Below, piece after piece: positions 11,085-23,500 of a DNA stretch of 64,000 nucleotides. The notes beneath the pieces were generated by a model. It did not search any database. It saw only the letters and a list, made by a program, of their open reading frames with translations, and was not told the DNA's origin. The first letter of the stretch is position 1; every line of letters starts with the position of its first letter. The position numbers and the translations under genes were made by a program. The DNA lies in assembly GCA_002269645.1 (NCBI GenBank), contig NIVC01001283.1, forward strand, positions 1 through 64,000, in the 5' to 3' direction. The stretch comes from Macrostomum lignano. Its lineage: Eukaryota.

Positions 11085-11527
11085 ATGTCTTCAATTCGTC
11101 TCACGGTGGAAACCTCGGCTCCAGCCGACGATGGCAGCAAGATGCCACCGCCGCCGCCGCAGTCTCTGCCAGAGATTCAAGAGCCCGTCCGACTGAGGCA
11201 ATCAGCGGAGACGCCCACCGGTTCCACAGCTGCGGAAGTACTCGGCGAAGTGCACCTGTGCTACGCCAGGTCGATGGAGTCTCTTGGCGGCAGCGGCGGC
11301 GGCGGCGGCGCGTTGCCGGTGGGCGGCAAAACCGACAGCAGCGTCAGCAGTTTGAGCCCGCTAGGCGCGCCTTACAAAGGCGCCGCCCGGCCCGCAGTGA
11401 CCCGGGCTAGAAAGATGCAACGCGTGCCGATTAGAGAAACTGTGCTCAGCCAATGCGAACCGACTGAGGCCGCCCCAGATAGTGGGCTGCAACAGCGTTT
11501 ATCCGTGGGGATTTCGGCTGCTAGCGA
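11085..11527 (+). CDS. WNK: WNK exon 1, low-complexity Pro/Gly/Ser N-terminus
   Basis: Open GC-rich frame from ATG 11085; GA|gtgagt donor phase-matches exon 2. No homology evidence. Confidence 0.65.
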
Positions 11528-14500
11528 GTGAGTCTGAGGCTATGAATCTGCGTAATGTGTTGCTTGACTTGACTTGACTCTGGGCTTGACCCAGATTGAC
11601 CCAGGGCTTGACTCAGGGCTTGACCCAGATTGACCCAGGGCTTGACCCAGGGCTTGACCCAGGGCTTGACCCAGGGCTTGACCCAGGGCTTGACCCAGGG
11701 CTTGACCCAGGGCTTGACCCAGGGCTTGACCCAGGGCTTGACCCAGGGCTTGACCCAGGGCTTGACCCAGGGCTTGACCCAGGGCTTGACCCAGGGCTTG
11801 ACCCAGGGCTTGACCCAGGGCTTGACCCAGGGCTTGACTCATACTGACCCAGGGCTTGACCCAGGACTTGACCCAGGGCTGGACCCAGGACTTGACCCAG
11901 GGCTGGACCCAGGACTTGACCCAGGGCTGGACCCAGGACTTGACCCAGGGCTGGACCCAGGACTTGACCCAGGGCTGGACCCAGGACTTGACCCAGGGCT
12001 GGACCCAGGACTTTACCCAGGGCTGGACCCAGGACTTGACCCAGGGCTTGACCCCGGGCTTGAACCAGGGCTGGACCCAGGACTTTACCCAGGGCTGGAC
12101 CCAGGACTTGACCCAGGGCTTGACCCCGGGCTTGACCCCGGGCTTGACCCCGGGCTTGACCCCGGGCTTGACCCCGGGCTTGACCCCGGGCTTGACCCCG
12201 GGCTTGACCCAGGACTTGACCCAGAGCTGGACCCAGGACTTGACCCAGGGCTGGACCCAGGACTTGACCCAGGGCTGGACCCAGGATTTTTCCCTTGTCT
12301 TAATGTTTACCTATTGTTCCCTTTGTTTTACCCTTAGGTTCACCTTAAACTTGACTATGTTTTATCCCAGGCTTTGACCAAGGACTTACGCCAAGAACTA
12401 ACTCACAGTTTGACTCATCATTATTTTCAGGCGTCGTCGCGTTCTTAGCGAGACAATCTCAAGCCGGTCCAAGCAGGATAAACAGAAAGAGAAGGAACTG
12501 CAGCAACAGGAACAACAACAGCAGCCTCAGCCATCGGAGCAGCAGCAGGCAGCTGAAGCAGACGAATCTCAGACTAGTCAGCAGAGACCAGATTCTGTTG
12601 CTATGCCGCCTCCGCCGCCTGCCGTCACGACTTTCGCCGCTGCGGCGGGCAGTCACTCGCCTGTTGTAGTCGAGGCAGTCCTTGAGGAGCCTTCGCCAGC
12701 CGTGTCAGCAACAGACGCAGCCGATGTCCCGGCAACAATGAACGGGCACGACGCCTCCGCTGCGCAGATCTCGACGGCTGCTTCCGTTGTAGTTTCGGCC
12801 ACTTCTACTTCGATTGCATCGTCAATAACAACGAATGCCACAACATCAACGACAGTTGCTTTCGCCGCTGCCGCCGTCGCCGCAGTCGCCACACCGCCGC
12901 ATGCCGCCTCCGAGAAGGAGCGCGAAATCAACAACAAGAAGGCAGCGAAATCGCGGGAAGAGAAGGCCAAAGAGCGGGAGCGCAAACGGGAGGAGCAGAT
13001 GTGGCGCCGGCACCAGATGGAGCTGCAGTTGAAACAGCGGGGCATCGCCGTCAGCCCCTGCGGTCGGTGGATTAAGCACAATATTAAATGCGGCGAAGGC
13101 GCCTACAAGCGAGTCTACAGGGGCTACGATCGGGAGCAGGGCCGGCCCATTGCCTGGTGCGAGCTCAAGTTTCACGTGGGCAAGGATAAGCCAGCTGAGA
13201 GGGAGCAGGTTCGCAAGGAGGTGAGCAGTAGCTGATGCCTGACCCACTGTAGCTGATGCCTGACCCACTGTAGCTGATGCCTGACCCACTGTAGCTGATG
13301 CCTGACCCACTGTAGCTGATGCCTGACCCACTGTAGCTGATGCCTGACCCACTGTAGCTGATGCCTGACCCACTGTAGCTAATGCCTGACCCACTGTAGC
13401 TAATTCCTGACCCACTGTAGCTAATGCCTGACCCACTGTAGCTAACGATTGACCCATCCCAGCTATCATCCTGACCCATCCCAGCTATCATCCTGACCAA
13501 TCTCAGCTATCATCCTGACCAATCTCAGCTATCATCCTGACCCATCTCAGCTATCATCCTGACCCATCTCAGCTATCATCCTGACCCATCTCAGCTATCA
13601 TCCTGACCCATCTCAGCTATCATCCTGACCCATCTCAGCTATCATCCTGACCCATCTCAGCTATCATCCTGACCCATCTCAGCTATCATCCTGACCCATC
13701 TCAGCTTTCATCCTGACCCATCTCAGCTTTCATCCTGACCCATCTCAGCTTTCATCCTGACCCATCTCAGCTTTCATCCTGACCCATCTCAGCTATCATT
13801 CTGACCCATCTCAGCTATCATTCTGACCCATCTCAGCTATCATCCTCAACCAGCGCTTGCCGAAGCACTTGACTGGCCAAATTCATCCCATTTCAATCCC
13901 CCAACGCAGGTGGAAATGATGATCAAGTGCGAGCACCCCAACATAGTCCGCTACTATGACTTACTGGACTGCTATTTCGAATTAGACGAAAACGGCGAGA
14001 AAGGCGAGAAAGTGAAAGCTACGGTCATTGTCACCGAGTTCATGAGCGAGGGCACTCTGCGTGAGAAGATGAAGACGTTCTATAATGAGAGGACTCGCGA
14101 GGCTGTTGTCGATTTTAATGTTTTCCAGTCCTGGATGCAGCAGATTTTAGAGGGGCTGCGGCATATGCATCACAAGTGAGTATGCATTCTGAATTAGTGA
14201 GATTTCGGGATGAGATCTCTCTGTTAAGGGTGAGATTTCGGGATGAGATCTCTCTATAAAGGGTTAGATTTCGGTATAAGATCTTTCTGTTAATGTTGAG
14301 ATTTCAGGATGAGATCTCTCTGTTAAGGGTGAGATTTCGGGATGAGATCTCTCTATTAAGGGTTAGATTTTGGGATAAGATCTTTCTGTTAATGTTGAGA
14401 TTTCAGGATGAGATCTCTCTGTTAAGGGTGAGATTTCGGGATGAGATCTCTCTATTAAGGGTTAGATTTCGGTATAAGATCTTTCTGTTAATGTTGAGAT

Positions 14501-17500
14501 TTCAGGATGAGATCTTTCTGTTAATGTTGAGATTCCAGGATGAGATCTCTCTATTAAGGGTTAGATTTCGGTATAAGATCTTTCTGTTAATGTTGAGATT
14601 TCAGGATGAGATCTCTCTGTTAAGGGTGAGATTTCGGGATGAGATCTCTCTGTTAAGGGTGAGATTTCGGGATGAGATCTCTCTGTTAAAGTTGGGATTT
14701 CGGGATGAGATCTCTATTAAGAGTGAGATTTCGGGATGAGATCTCTCTGTTAAGGGTGAGATTTCAGGATGAGATCTCTCTGTTAAGGGTGAGATTTCGG
14801 GATGAGATCTCTCTGTTAAGGGTGAGATTTCGGGATGAGATCTCTCTGTTAAGGGTGAGACTTCAGGATGAGATCTCTCTGTTAAGGGTGAGATTTCGGG
14901 ATGAGATCTCTCTGTGAGATTTCGAGTTACCAGCTCTCCTAATATCTCAATCATGAATGTAATAACTACCTATGCTATCCCCATATCGCAGGATGAACCC
15001 TCCAGTGATCCACCGCGACCTCAAGCCGGAGAACGTGTTCATAGCCGATGGCGAGAATCCTGACGAATATTACAATATCAAGCTGGGCGACTTCGGCCTG
15101 GCCACGGCCAAGACTCAGACCCGCAAGACCATGCTGGGCACTCTGGGCTACATGGCTCCGGAGATGCTGCAGGAGCGTTACGATGAGAAAGTTGACATAT
15201 TCGCCTTTGGCATCCTCATTGTGGAGATGGTTACTAATAGTATTCCTTATCAGGAGTGCCAGAATTTTCTAGACGTCTGGCAGAGGATTGCCAGCAATAC
15301 GCCGCCTAAGGTGCTCACTCGGTGAGTCGGTGCTAGATTAGAGCAGGGGAGAGAGGGAGACAGAGAATGGGGGAGAGAGGGAGGCAGGGAAATGAGTGTA
15401 AGGGAGGCAGAGAATGGGGGGCAGTAGTAGAGAATTGTGGGGCAGATAATTGGGGGGGAAGGGAGGCAGAGAATGGGGGGAGAGGAAGGCATAGAATTGG
15501 GGGGGAGAGGGAGGCAGAGAATGGGGGAGGGAGGCATAGAATTGGGGGAGAGAGGGAGACAGAGAATGGGGGGGGAAGGAGGCATAGAATTGGGGGAGAG
15601 AGGGAGACAGAATTGGGGAGAGAGGGAGGCATAGAATTGGGGAGAGAGGGCGGCATAGAATTGGGGAGAGAGGGAGGCATAGAATTGGGGAGAGAGGGAG
15701 GCATAGAATTGGGGAGAGAGGGCGGCATAGAATTGGGGAGAGAGGGAGGCATAGAATTGGGGAGAGAGGGAGGCATAGAATTGGGGAGAGAGGGCGGCAT
15801 AGAATTGGGGAGAGAGGGCGGCATAGAATTGGGGAAAGAGGGCGGCATAGAATTGGGGAGAGAGGGAGGCAGAGAATTGGGGAGAGAGGGAGACAGAGAA
15901 TGGGGAGAGAGGGAGGCAGAGAATGGGGAGAGAGGGAGGCAGAGAATTGGGGAGAGAGGGAGGCAGAGAATGGGGAGAGAGGGAGGCAGAGAATGGGGAG
16001 AGAGGGAGGCAGAGAATTGGGGAGAGAGGGAGACAGAGAATGGGGAGAGAGGGAGGCAGAGAATTGGGGGGGAGAGGGAGGCAGAGAATTGGGGGGGGAG
16101 AGGGAGGCAGAGAATTGGGGGGGAGAGGGAGGCAGAGAATGGGGGGAGAGGGAGACAGAGAATGGGGAGAGAGGGAGGCAGAGAATTGGGGAGAGAGGGA
16201 GGCAGAGAATGGGGAGAGAGGGAGGCAGAGAATTGGGGAGAGAGGGAGGCAGAGAATGGGGAGAGAGGGAGGCAGAGAATTGGGGAGAGAGGGAGGCAGA
16301 GAATGGGGAGAGAGGGAGGCAGAGAATGGGGAGAGAGGGAGGCAGAGAATGGGGAGAGAGGGAGACAGAGAATTGGGGAGAGAGGGCGGCATAGAATTGG
16401 GGAAAGAGGGCGGCATAGAATTGGGGAGAGAGGGAGGCAGAGAATTGGGGAGAGGGAGACAGAGAATGGGGAGAGAGGGAGGCAGAGAATGGGGAGAGAG
16501 GGAGGCAGAGAATTGGGGAGAGAGGGAGGCAGAGAATGGGGAGAGAGGGAGGCAGAGAATGGGGAGAGAGGGAGGCAGAGAATTGGGGAGAGAGGGAGAC
16601 AGAGAATTGGGGAGAGAGGGAGGCAGAGAATGGGGAGAGAGGGAGGCAGAGAATGGGGAGAGAGGGAGGCAGAGAATTGGGGAGAGAGGGAGACAGAGAA
16701 TGGGGAGAGAGGGAGGCAGAGAATTGGGGGGGGGAGAGGGAGGCAGAGAATTGGGGGGGAGAGGGAGGCAGAGAATGGGGGGAGAGGGAGACAGAGAATG
16801 GGGAGAGAGGGAGGCAGAGAATTGGGGAGAGAGGGAGGCAGAGAATTGGGGAGAGAGGGAGGCAGAGAATGGGGAGAGAGGGAGGCAGAGAATTGGGGAG
16901 AGAGGGAGGCAGAGAATGGGGGGAGAGGGAGGCAGAGAATGGGGAGAGAGGGAGGCAGAGAATGGGGAGAGAGGGAGACAGAGAATGGGGGGGAAGGAGG
17001 CATAGAATTGGGGGAGAGAGGGAGACAGAGAATGGGGGGGGAAGGAGGCATAGAATTGGGGGAGAGAGGGAGACAGAGAATGGGGGGGAAGGAGGCATAG
17101 AATTGGGGAGAGAGGGAGGCATAGAATTGGGGAGAGAGGGAGGCAGAGAATGGGGAGAGAGGGAGGCATAGAATTGGGGAGAGAGGGAGACAGAGAATGG
17201 GGAGAGAGGGAGGCAGAGAATGGGGAGAGAGGGAGGCAGAGAATTGGGGAGAGAGGGAGGCAGAGAATTGGGGAGAGAGGGAGGCAGAGAATTGGGGAGA
17301 GAGGGAGGCAGAGAATTGGGGAGAGAGGAAGGCAGAGAATGGGGAGAGAGGGAGGCAGAGAATGGGGAGAGAGGGAGGCAGAGAATGGGGAGAGAGGGAG
17401 GCAGAGAATGGGGAGAGAGGGAGGCAGAGAATGGGGAGAGAGGGAGGCAGAGAATTGGGGAGAGAGGGAGGCAGAGAATGGGGAGAGAGGGAGGCAGAGA

Positions 17501-20500
17501 ATTGGGGAGAGAGGGAGGCAGAGAATGGGGAGAGAGGGAGGCAGAGAATTGGGGAGAGAGGGAGGCAGAGAATGGGGAGAGAGGGAGGCAGAGAATGGGG
17601 AGAGAGGGAGGCAGGGAGAAGGGGGGAAGGAAGGCAGAGAATGGGGGGCAGTGGTAGAGAATTGTGGGGCAGATAATTGGGGGGGGGAGAGGGGGGCATA
17701 GAATTGGGGAGAGAGGGAGGCAGGGAAATGGGGGGAAGGGATGCAGAGAATGGGGGCAGTGGTAGAGAATTGCGGGGCAGAGCATTGGAGGATAACTGGA
17801 GAAGTCGGTAATTCGCATCGAGATTTCCCACTAAATTTGCAGCATCGACAATCCGGAAATCCGGGACATATTTTTCACTTGTACAAATCCGTTGCCGGAT
17901 TTCCGGCCGACAGCCGAGGAGCTGCTGTCGCTGCAGATTTTCAATTTGAAACCGGTGCCAATTCAAGTGCAGCTGGTCCGACTGTCGCAGGCGCTTAAAT
18001 GGGAGGAGGCCGACAGCTCCGAGGCGAATCTGTCGGGGGTGCGTGACCGTGAAATGTACTTTTCAGTGTTTCGGCTATTTGTTTGCGTTAGTTGTCTCTT
18101 GTACATGTATCATCAGAAGAGTAGCTACCAGCCAATCAAAAATGAGTAGCTACCAGCCAATCAGAAATGAGTAGCTACCAGCCAATCAGAAATGAGTAGC
18201 TACCAGCCAATCAGAAATGAGTAGCTACCAGCCAATCAGAAATGAGTAGCTACCAGCCAATCAGAAATGAGTAGCTACCAGCCAATCAGAAATGAGTAGC
18301 TACCAGCCAATCAGAACAGAGTAGCTACCAGCCAATCAGAACAGAGTAGCTCAGCTACCAGCCATTTAGGCAGAGTAGCTTAGCTACCATCCAATCAGGG
18401 ATGAGTAGCTACCAGCTAATCAGGGATTGAGTAACTACCAGCTAATCATGGATGAGTAGCTACCAGCTAAGCAAGGATGAGTAACTACCAGCTAAGCAGG
18501 GATGAGTAACTACTAGCTAATCAGGGATTGAGTAACTACCAGCTAATCAGGGATTGAGTAACTACCAGCTAAGCAAGGATGAGTAACTACCAGCTAATCA
18601 GGGATCGAGTAACTACCAGCTAATCAGGGATGAGTAGCTACCAGCTAAGCAAGGATGAGTAACTACCAGCTAATCAGGGATGAGTAACTTCCAGCTAAGC
18701 AGGGATGAGTAACTACCAGCCAATCAGGGATGAGTAGCTCAGCTACCAGCCAATCAGGGCAGAGTAGCTCAGCTACCAGCCAATCAGGGCAGAGTAGCTC
18801 AGCTACCAGCCAATCAGGACAGAGTAGCTCAGCTACCAGCCAATCAGAACAGAGTAGCTCAGCTACCAGCCAATCAGGACAGAGTAGCTCAGCTACCAGC
18901 CAATCAGAACAGAGTAGCTCAGCTACCAGCCAATCAGGACAGAGTAGCTCAGCTACCAGCCAATCAAAGAAGAGCAGTCAGTGTTTTCATCCTTACCAAT
19001 CCTCAGGAGCAGCCCAAGAAGGTGTCCCATCAGCAGCACGGCAGCCGTGACGAGTCCACAGCCGCCGCGGTCGCCGCCGCGGTCGCCGCCGCCCCGACCG
19101 TCGAGTACAACGGCGATCCAAGCAAATTCTTTCACGTCGCTGAGTTCCGCTTGGTAGTTAATGATCGTCAACTCCAACAGCAGATGAAAATTCTACCAGG
19201 CGTCGGATTTGAATTCCAGCTGGACTGCTTCATCGACGAGGATCTGGAGAATGTTGTCAACTCGTTCGCCGAGTACGCTGAGTCCGATGCCGTCGGCGCC
19301 GCGGCCGGCGGCAGCGCCAGCGACCATCAGCGCCGACTGCGTCAGAAGATTTCAGGCGTGCGGCATCAGCTCAACTACTATAGGAAAAAGGTTTGCCGGT
19401 TTTAGTCAGATCATAACTAGCCAATCAGTGAGCTTCTACATCATAACTAGCCAATCAGAGATCTAGATCATAACTAGCCAATCAGAGATCTAGATCATAA
19501 CTAGCCAATCAGAGATCTAGATCATAACTAGCCAATCAGACATCTAGATCATAACTAGCCAATCAGAGATCTAGATCATAACTAGCCAATCAGAGATCTA
19601 GATCATAACTAGCCAATCAGAGATCTAGATCATAACTAGCCAATCAGACATCTAGATCATAACTAGCCAATCAGAGATCTAGATCATAACTAGCCAATCA
19701 GAGATCTAGATCATAACTAGCCAATCAGTTGAGCTTCTAGATCATAACTAGCCAATCAGTGAGCTTCTAAATCATAACTAGCCAATCAGTGATCTAGATC
19801 ATAACTAGCCAATCAGAGATCTAGATCATAACTAGCCAATCAGAGATCTAGATCATAACTAGCCAATCAGAGATCTAGATCATAACTAGCCAATCAGACA
19901 TCTAGATCATAACTAGCCAATCAGACATCTAGATCATAACTAGCCAATCAGACATCTAGATCATAACTAGCCAATCAGAGATCTAGATCATAACTAGCCA
20001 ATCAGAGATCTAGATCATAACTAGCCAATCAGAGATCTAGATCATAACTAGCCAATCAGACATCTAGATCATAACTAGCCAATCAGACATCTAGATCATA
20101 ACTAGCCAATCAGACATCTAGATCATAACTAGCCAATCAGACATCTAGATCATAACTAGCCAATCAGACATCTAGATCATAACTAGCCAATCAGACATCT
20201 AGATCATAACTAGCCAATCAGAGATCTAGATCATAACTAGCCAATCAGACATCTAGATCATAACTAGCCAATCAGAGATCTAGATCATAACTAGCCAATC
20301 AGACATCTAGATCATAACTAGCCAATCAGAGATCTAGATCATAACTAGCCAATCAGAGATCTAGATCATAACTAGCCAATCAGAGATCTAGATCATAACT
20401 AGCCAATCAGACATCTAGATCATAACTAGCCAATCAGACATCTAGATCATAACTAGCCAATCAGACATCTAGATCATAACTAGCCAATCAGACATCTAGA

Positions 20501-23500
20501 TCATAACTAGCCAATCAGACATCTAGATCATAACTAGCCAATCAGAGATCTAGATCATAACTAGCCAATCAGTTGAGCTTCTAGATCATAACTAGCCTAT
20601 CAGTGAGCTTCTAAATCATAACTAGCCAATCAGTGATCTAGATCATAACTAGCCAATCAGAGATCTAGATCATAACTAGCCAATCAGAGATCTAGATCAT
20701 AACTAGCCAATCAGAGATCTAGATCATAACTAGCCAATCAGACATCTAGATCATAACTAGCCAATCAGACATCTAGATCATAACTAGCCAATCAGACATC
20801 TAGATCATAACTAGCCAATCAGACATCTAGATCATAACTAGCCAATCAGACATCTAGATCATAACTAGCCAATCAGACATCTAGATCATAACTAGCCAAT
20901 CAGAGATCTAGATCATAACTAGCCAATCAGACATCTAGATCATAACTAGCCAATCAGAGATCTAGATCATAACTAGCCAATCAGACATCTAGATCATAAC
21001 TAGCCAATCAGAGATCTAGATCATAACTAGCCAATCAGTGAGCTTCTAAGTCGTCGTTGCCAGTCAGCGAGCTTCTAGATAACTGTTAGCCTATCAGAGA
21101 TCTGCCAATCATGCCTGTCGCATTTTTATTCCCGAAAGGTTCTAGCCGGCGTATGGAACTACTTTATGGAGAAGCTGCGCGAATCCGACCCGGAGCCGGA
21201 CTCGGAGAACGACTCGTCCCCCATAGTGAGGCTAGGCCTCCAGGCCAGACGCTGGGCCGAAGCGAAACGACGCGTATTAAAACAGCGTGACGACTATAAC
21301 AGGTGCTGGGAGGAGAAGCTGGAGGCCCAGCAGCAGGCTCAAGATGAATCTTGCAACGTTGACGAGCCTGCGGCGACCGTTACACTTCTGGCGTCGGCTT
21401 CCGTGTCGCCATCGACCTCAGTGACGCAGGCGTTGATCGTCTCTGCAGCCGACCAGCAGCAGCAGCCGCCGCCACCCGTCCAGCTTCCTCCTTCATCATC
21501 TTCCTCATCATCGCTATCCGAGCCGCATCCGCCAGGATCGGTCCGCCAGAATCTCGAGGCCGTTCAGAGCGTCCTGTCGAGCGCCGCTGCCGCACTCGAC
21601 ATTGAGCACGCCGCCACCGCCGCGTCGACTGCTGCTGCTGCCCAGTCTAGCCTGGTTGTCGGTTTGTCTCCGGCTGGCGTTGCCAGTCTGCCAGCCGTTG
21701 CCATAGCAACCATGCCGCCGTCGCTTCCCAATTCGATGGTGTCGCCGGAATTTAGCCAGCTGCCGGCTCTGGCCGCCTCCCCGGCCGCCGCTCTGACCAT
21801 CGTTGTTGACGCGGCCACAGCAGCCGCGCTTAACGGCAGCGGCGGCACCAGCGGGGCCGGCGGCGGCAGCGGCGGCAGAGGCAACCTTAGCATCATTCAG
21901 GAGGTGGATAACGCGGTGAGTCATCTTGGTGATTAACGCATGTTAATGGCCATGGACCGATTTCGATTGATCATGAGCCCATTCCTATTGGTCATGCACC
22001 GATTTCGATTGGTCATGAGCCCATTCCTATTGGTCATGCACCGATTTCGATTGGTCATGAGCCCATTCCTATTGGTCATGCACCGATTTCGATTGGTCAT
22101 GGAGCGATTTCAATTGGTCATGCACCGATTTCAATTGGTCATGCACCGATTTCAATTGGTCATGGACCGATTTCTATTGGTCATGAATTAATTTCGATTG
22201 GTCATGAATTAAGTTCGATTGGTCATGGAGCGATTTCAATTGGTCATAGATCGATTTCGATTGGTCATGGAGCGATTTCGATTGGTCATGGACCGATTTC
22301 GATTGGTCATGGAGCGATTTCGATTGGTCATGGACTGGTCCATAGATGATTAATTTCGATCGATCATCATTAATCATAAAATATTGTTACACATACAGTG
22401 AACGGTGCCAACTCCAACCCCCTCTACCGCTCCCCTCACCCCGCAGCCCAAGTCGCCAATGCAGGCCATCGTGGCCGCGCCGCCGCCGACTCCGCACAAC
22501 AGCCTCGGCCGGCGGGACAAGCGGCCCAACGTTGAGGACGCCTCGGCCGAGATAGACGCCGCCGCCGCCGACGCCGCCGCCGACGCTGAGGTGCTAGCGT
22601 CGTCGACAACCGCTGAGCTGCTTTTGCCTGCCGGCCGAAACGGCGAACGGCCTCTCCGCCTGCCGCTGCCCGACCTCGCCGCCGGCCGCTGCGTTCTCCT
22701 CTGCCCGTGCGGCGGCGACGGGCGCCGCGTCCTCGTGGCCAGCTGCCGCTCCGGGCCCGACGCCACGCTTGGCGAGGTGCTGGCGCTGTTGCAAACCGCT
22801 GCCGCGGCTGCCGCGTCTACCGGCACCGACGCCGCTGGGAACGGCGTTGCGGCTACGGCTACGGCTACTGGGCAGGCGATTCGAGCCCGGCACAACCTGG
22901 ACAGGTGTCACACGCCGCCCTCCAGTCCCACTAGTGAGTGAGAGAGAGATAGAGATTCATGCTTCAAATACAGGCCGCCTGATGTGCTTTTTAAGTCCTT
23001 GTCTACGTGCTTAGCTAACCGCGGTCAACTTCGCTTAACTTGTATGAAATAAAATCAGCAGTTTCTGAAGTAATCAAAATACAATAATAATGTTGAGAGA
23101 TGGTTTTGAAAGTAGTTTGAATAAGTTCAGGTGTTTCTTAGATTGTGTTAGCAGTAGTTTAGAATTTTAGGTGTACTTTAGATTACTTTAGAAGAAATTA
23201 AGATTATTTTAGGAGCAGTTTAAACAATCTTAAAAGTAGTTTAGATTTACTTAGGAGTAGTTTAATTTAATTTAGGAGTTTTAACTTAGTCTAGATAATT
23301 TCAGAATCTAAGTTAACAATATTTTTAGAGTAGTTTAGTTTAATTTAGAAGTAGTTTAGATTAATTTAGGAGTAGTTTAGATTAATTTGGGAGTAGTTTA
23401 GATTAATTTAGGAGTAGTTTAGAATAATTTAGGAGTAGCTTAGATAATTTCAAAAGTAGTTTAGATTTATTTAGGAGTAGTTTAGATCATTTCAGGAGTA

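Noticed and set aside
11540-12377. ORFs (PGLD)n, (TQGL)n, (GQAL)n
   Set aside because: 12-nt intronic repeat open in several frames; lies between phase-matched WNK splice sites.
15250-17966. Very long Pro/Leu/Ser and Gly/Glu/Arg ORFs (up to 877 aa) on both strands
   Set aside because: Artefacts of a stop-poor G/A-rich satellite within WNK intron 4.
18730-19050. (SSSATSQSGQ)n ORF abutting WNK exon 6
   Set aside because: Derived from the 30-nt repeat and in a different frame from the exon.
22398-22446. Nearer acceptor acatacag| for WNK exon 8
   Set aside because: Phase-0 join gives an immediate TGA; the acceptor at 22446 preserves the frame.
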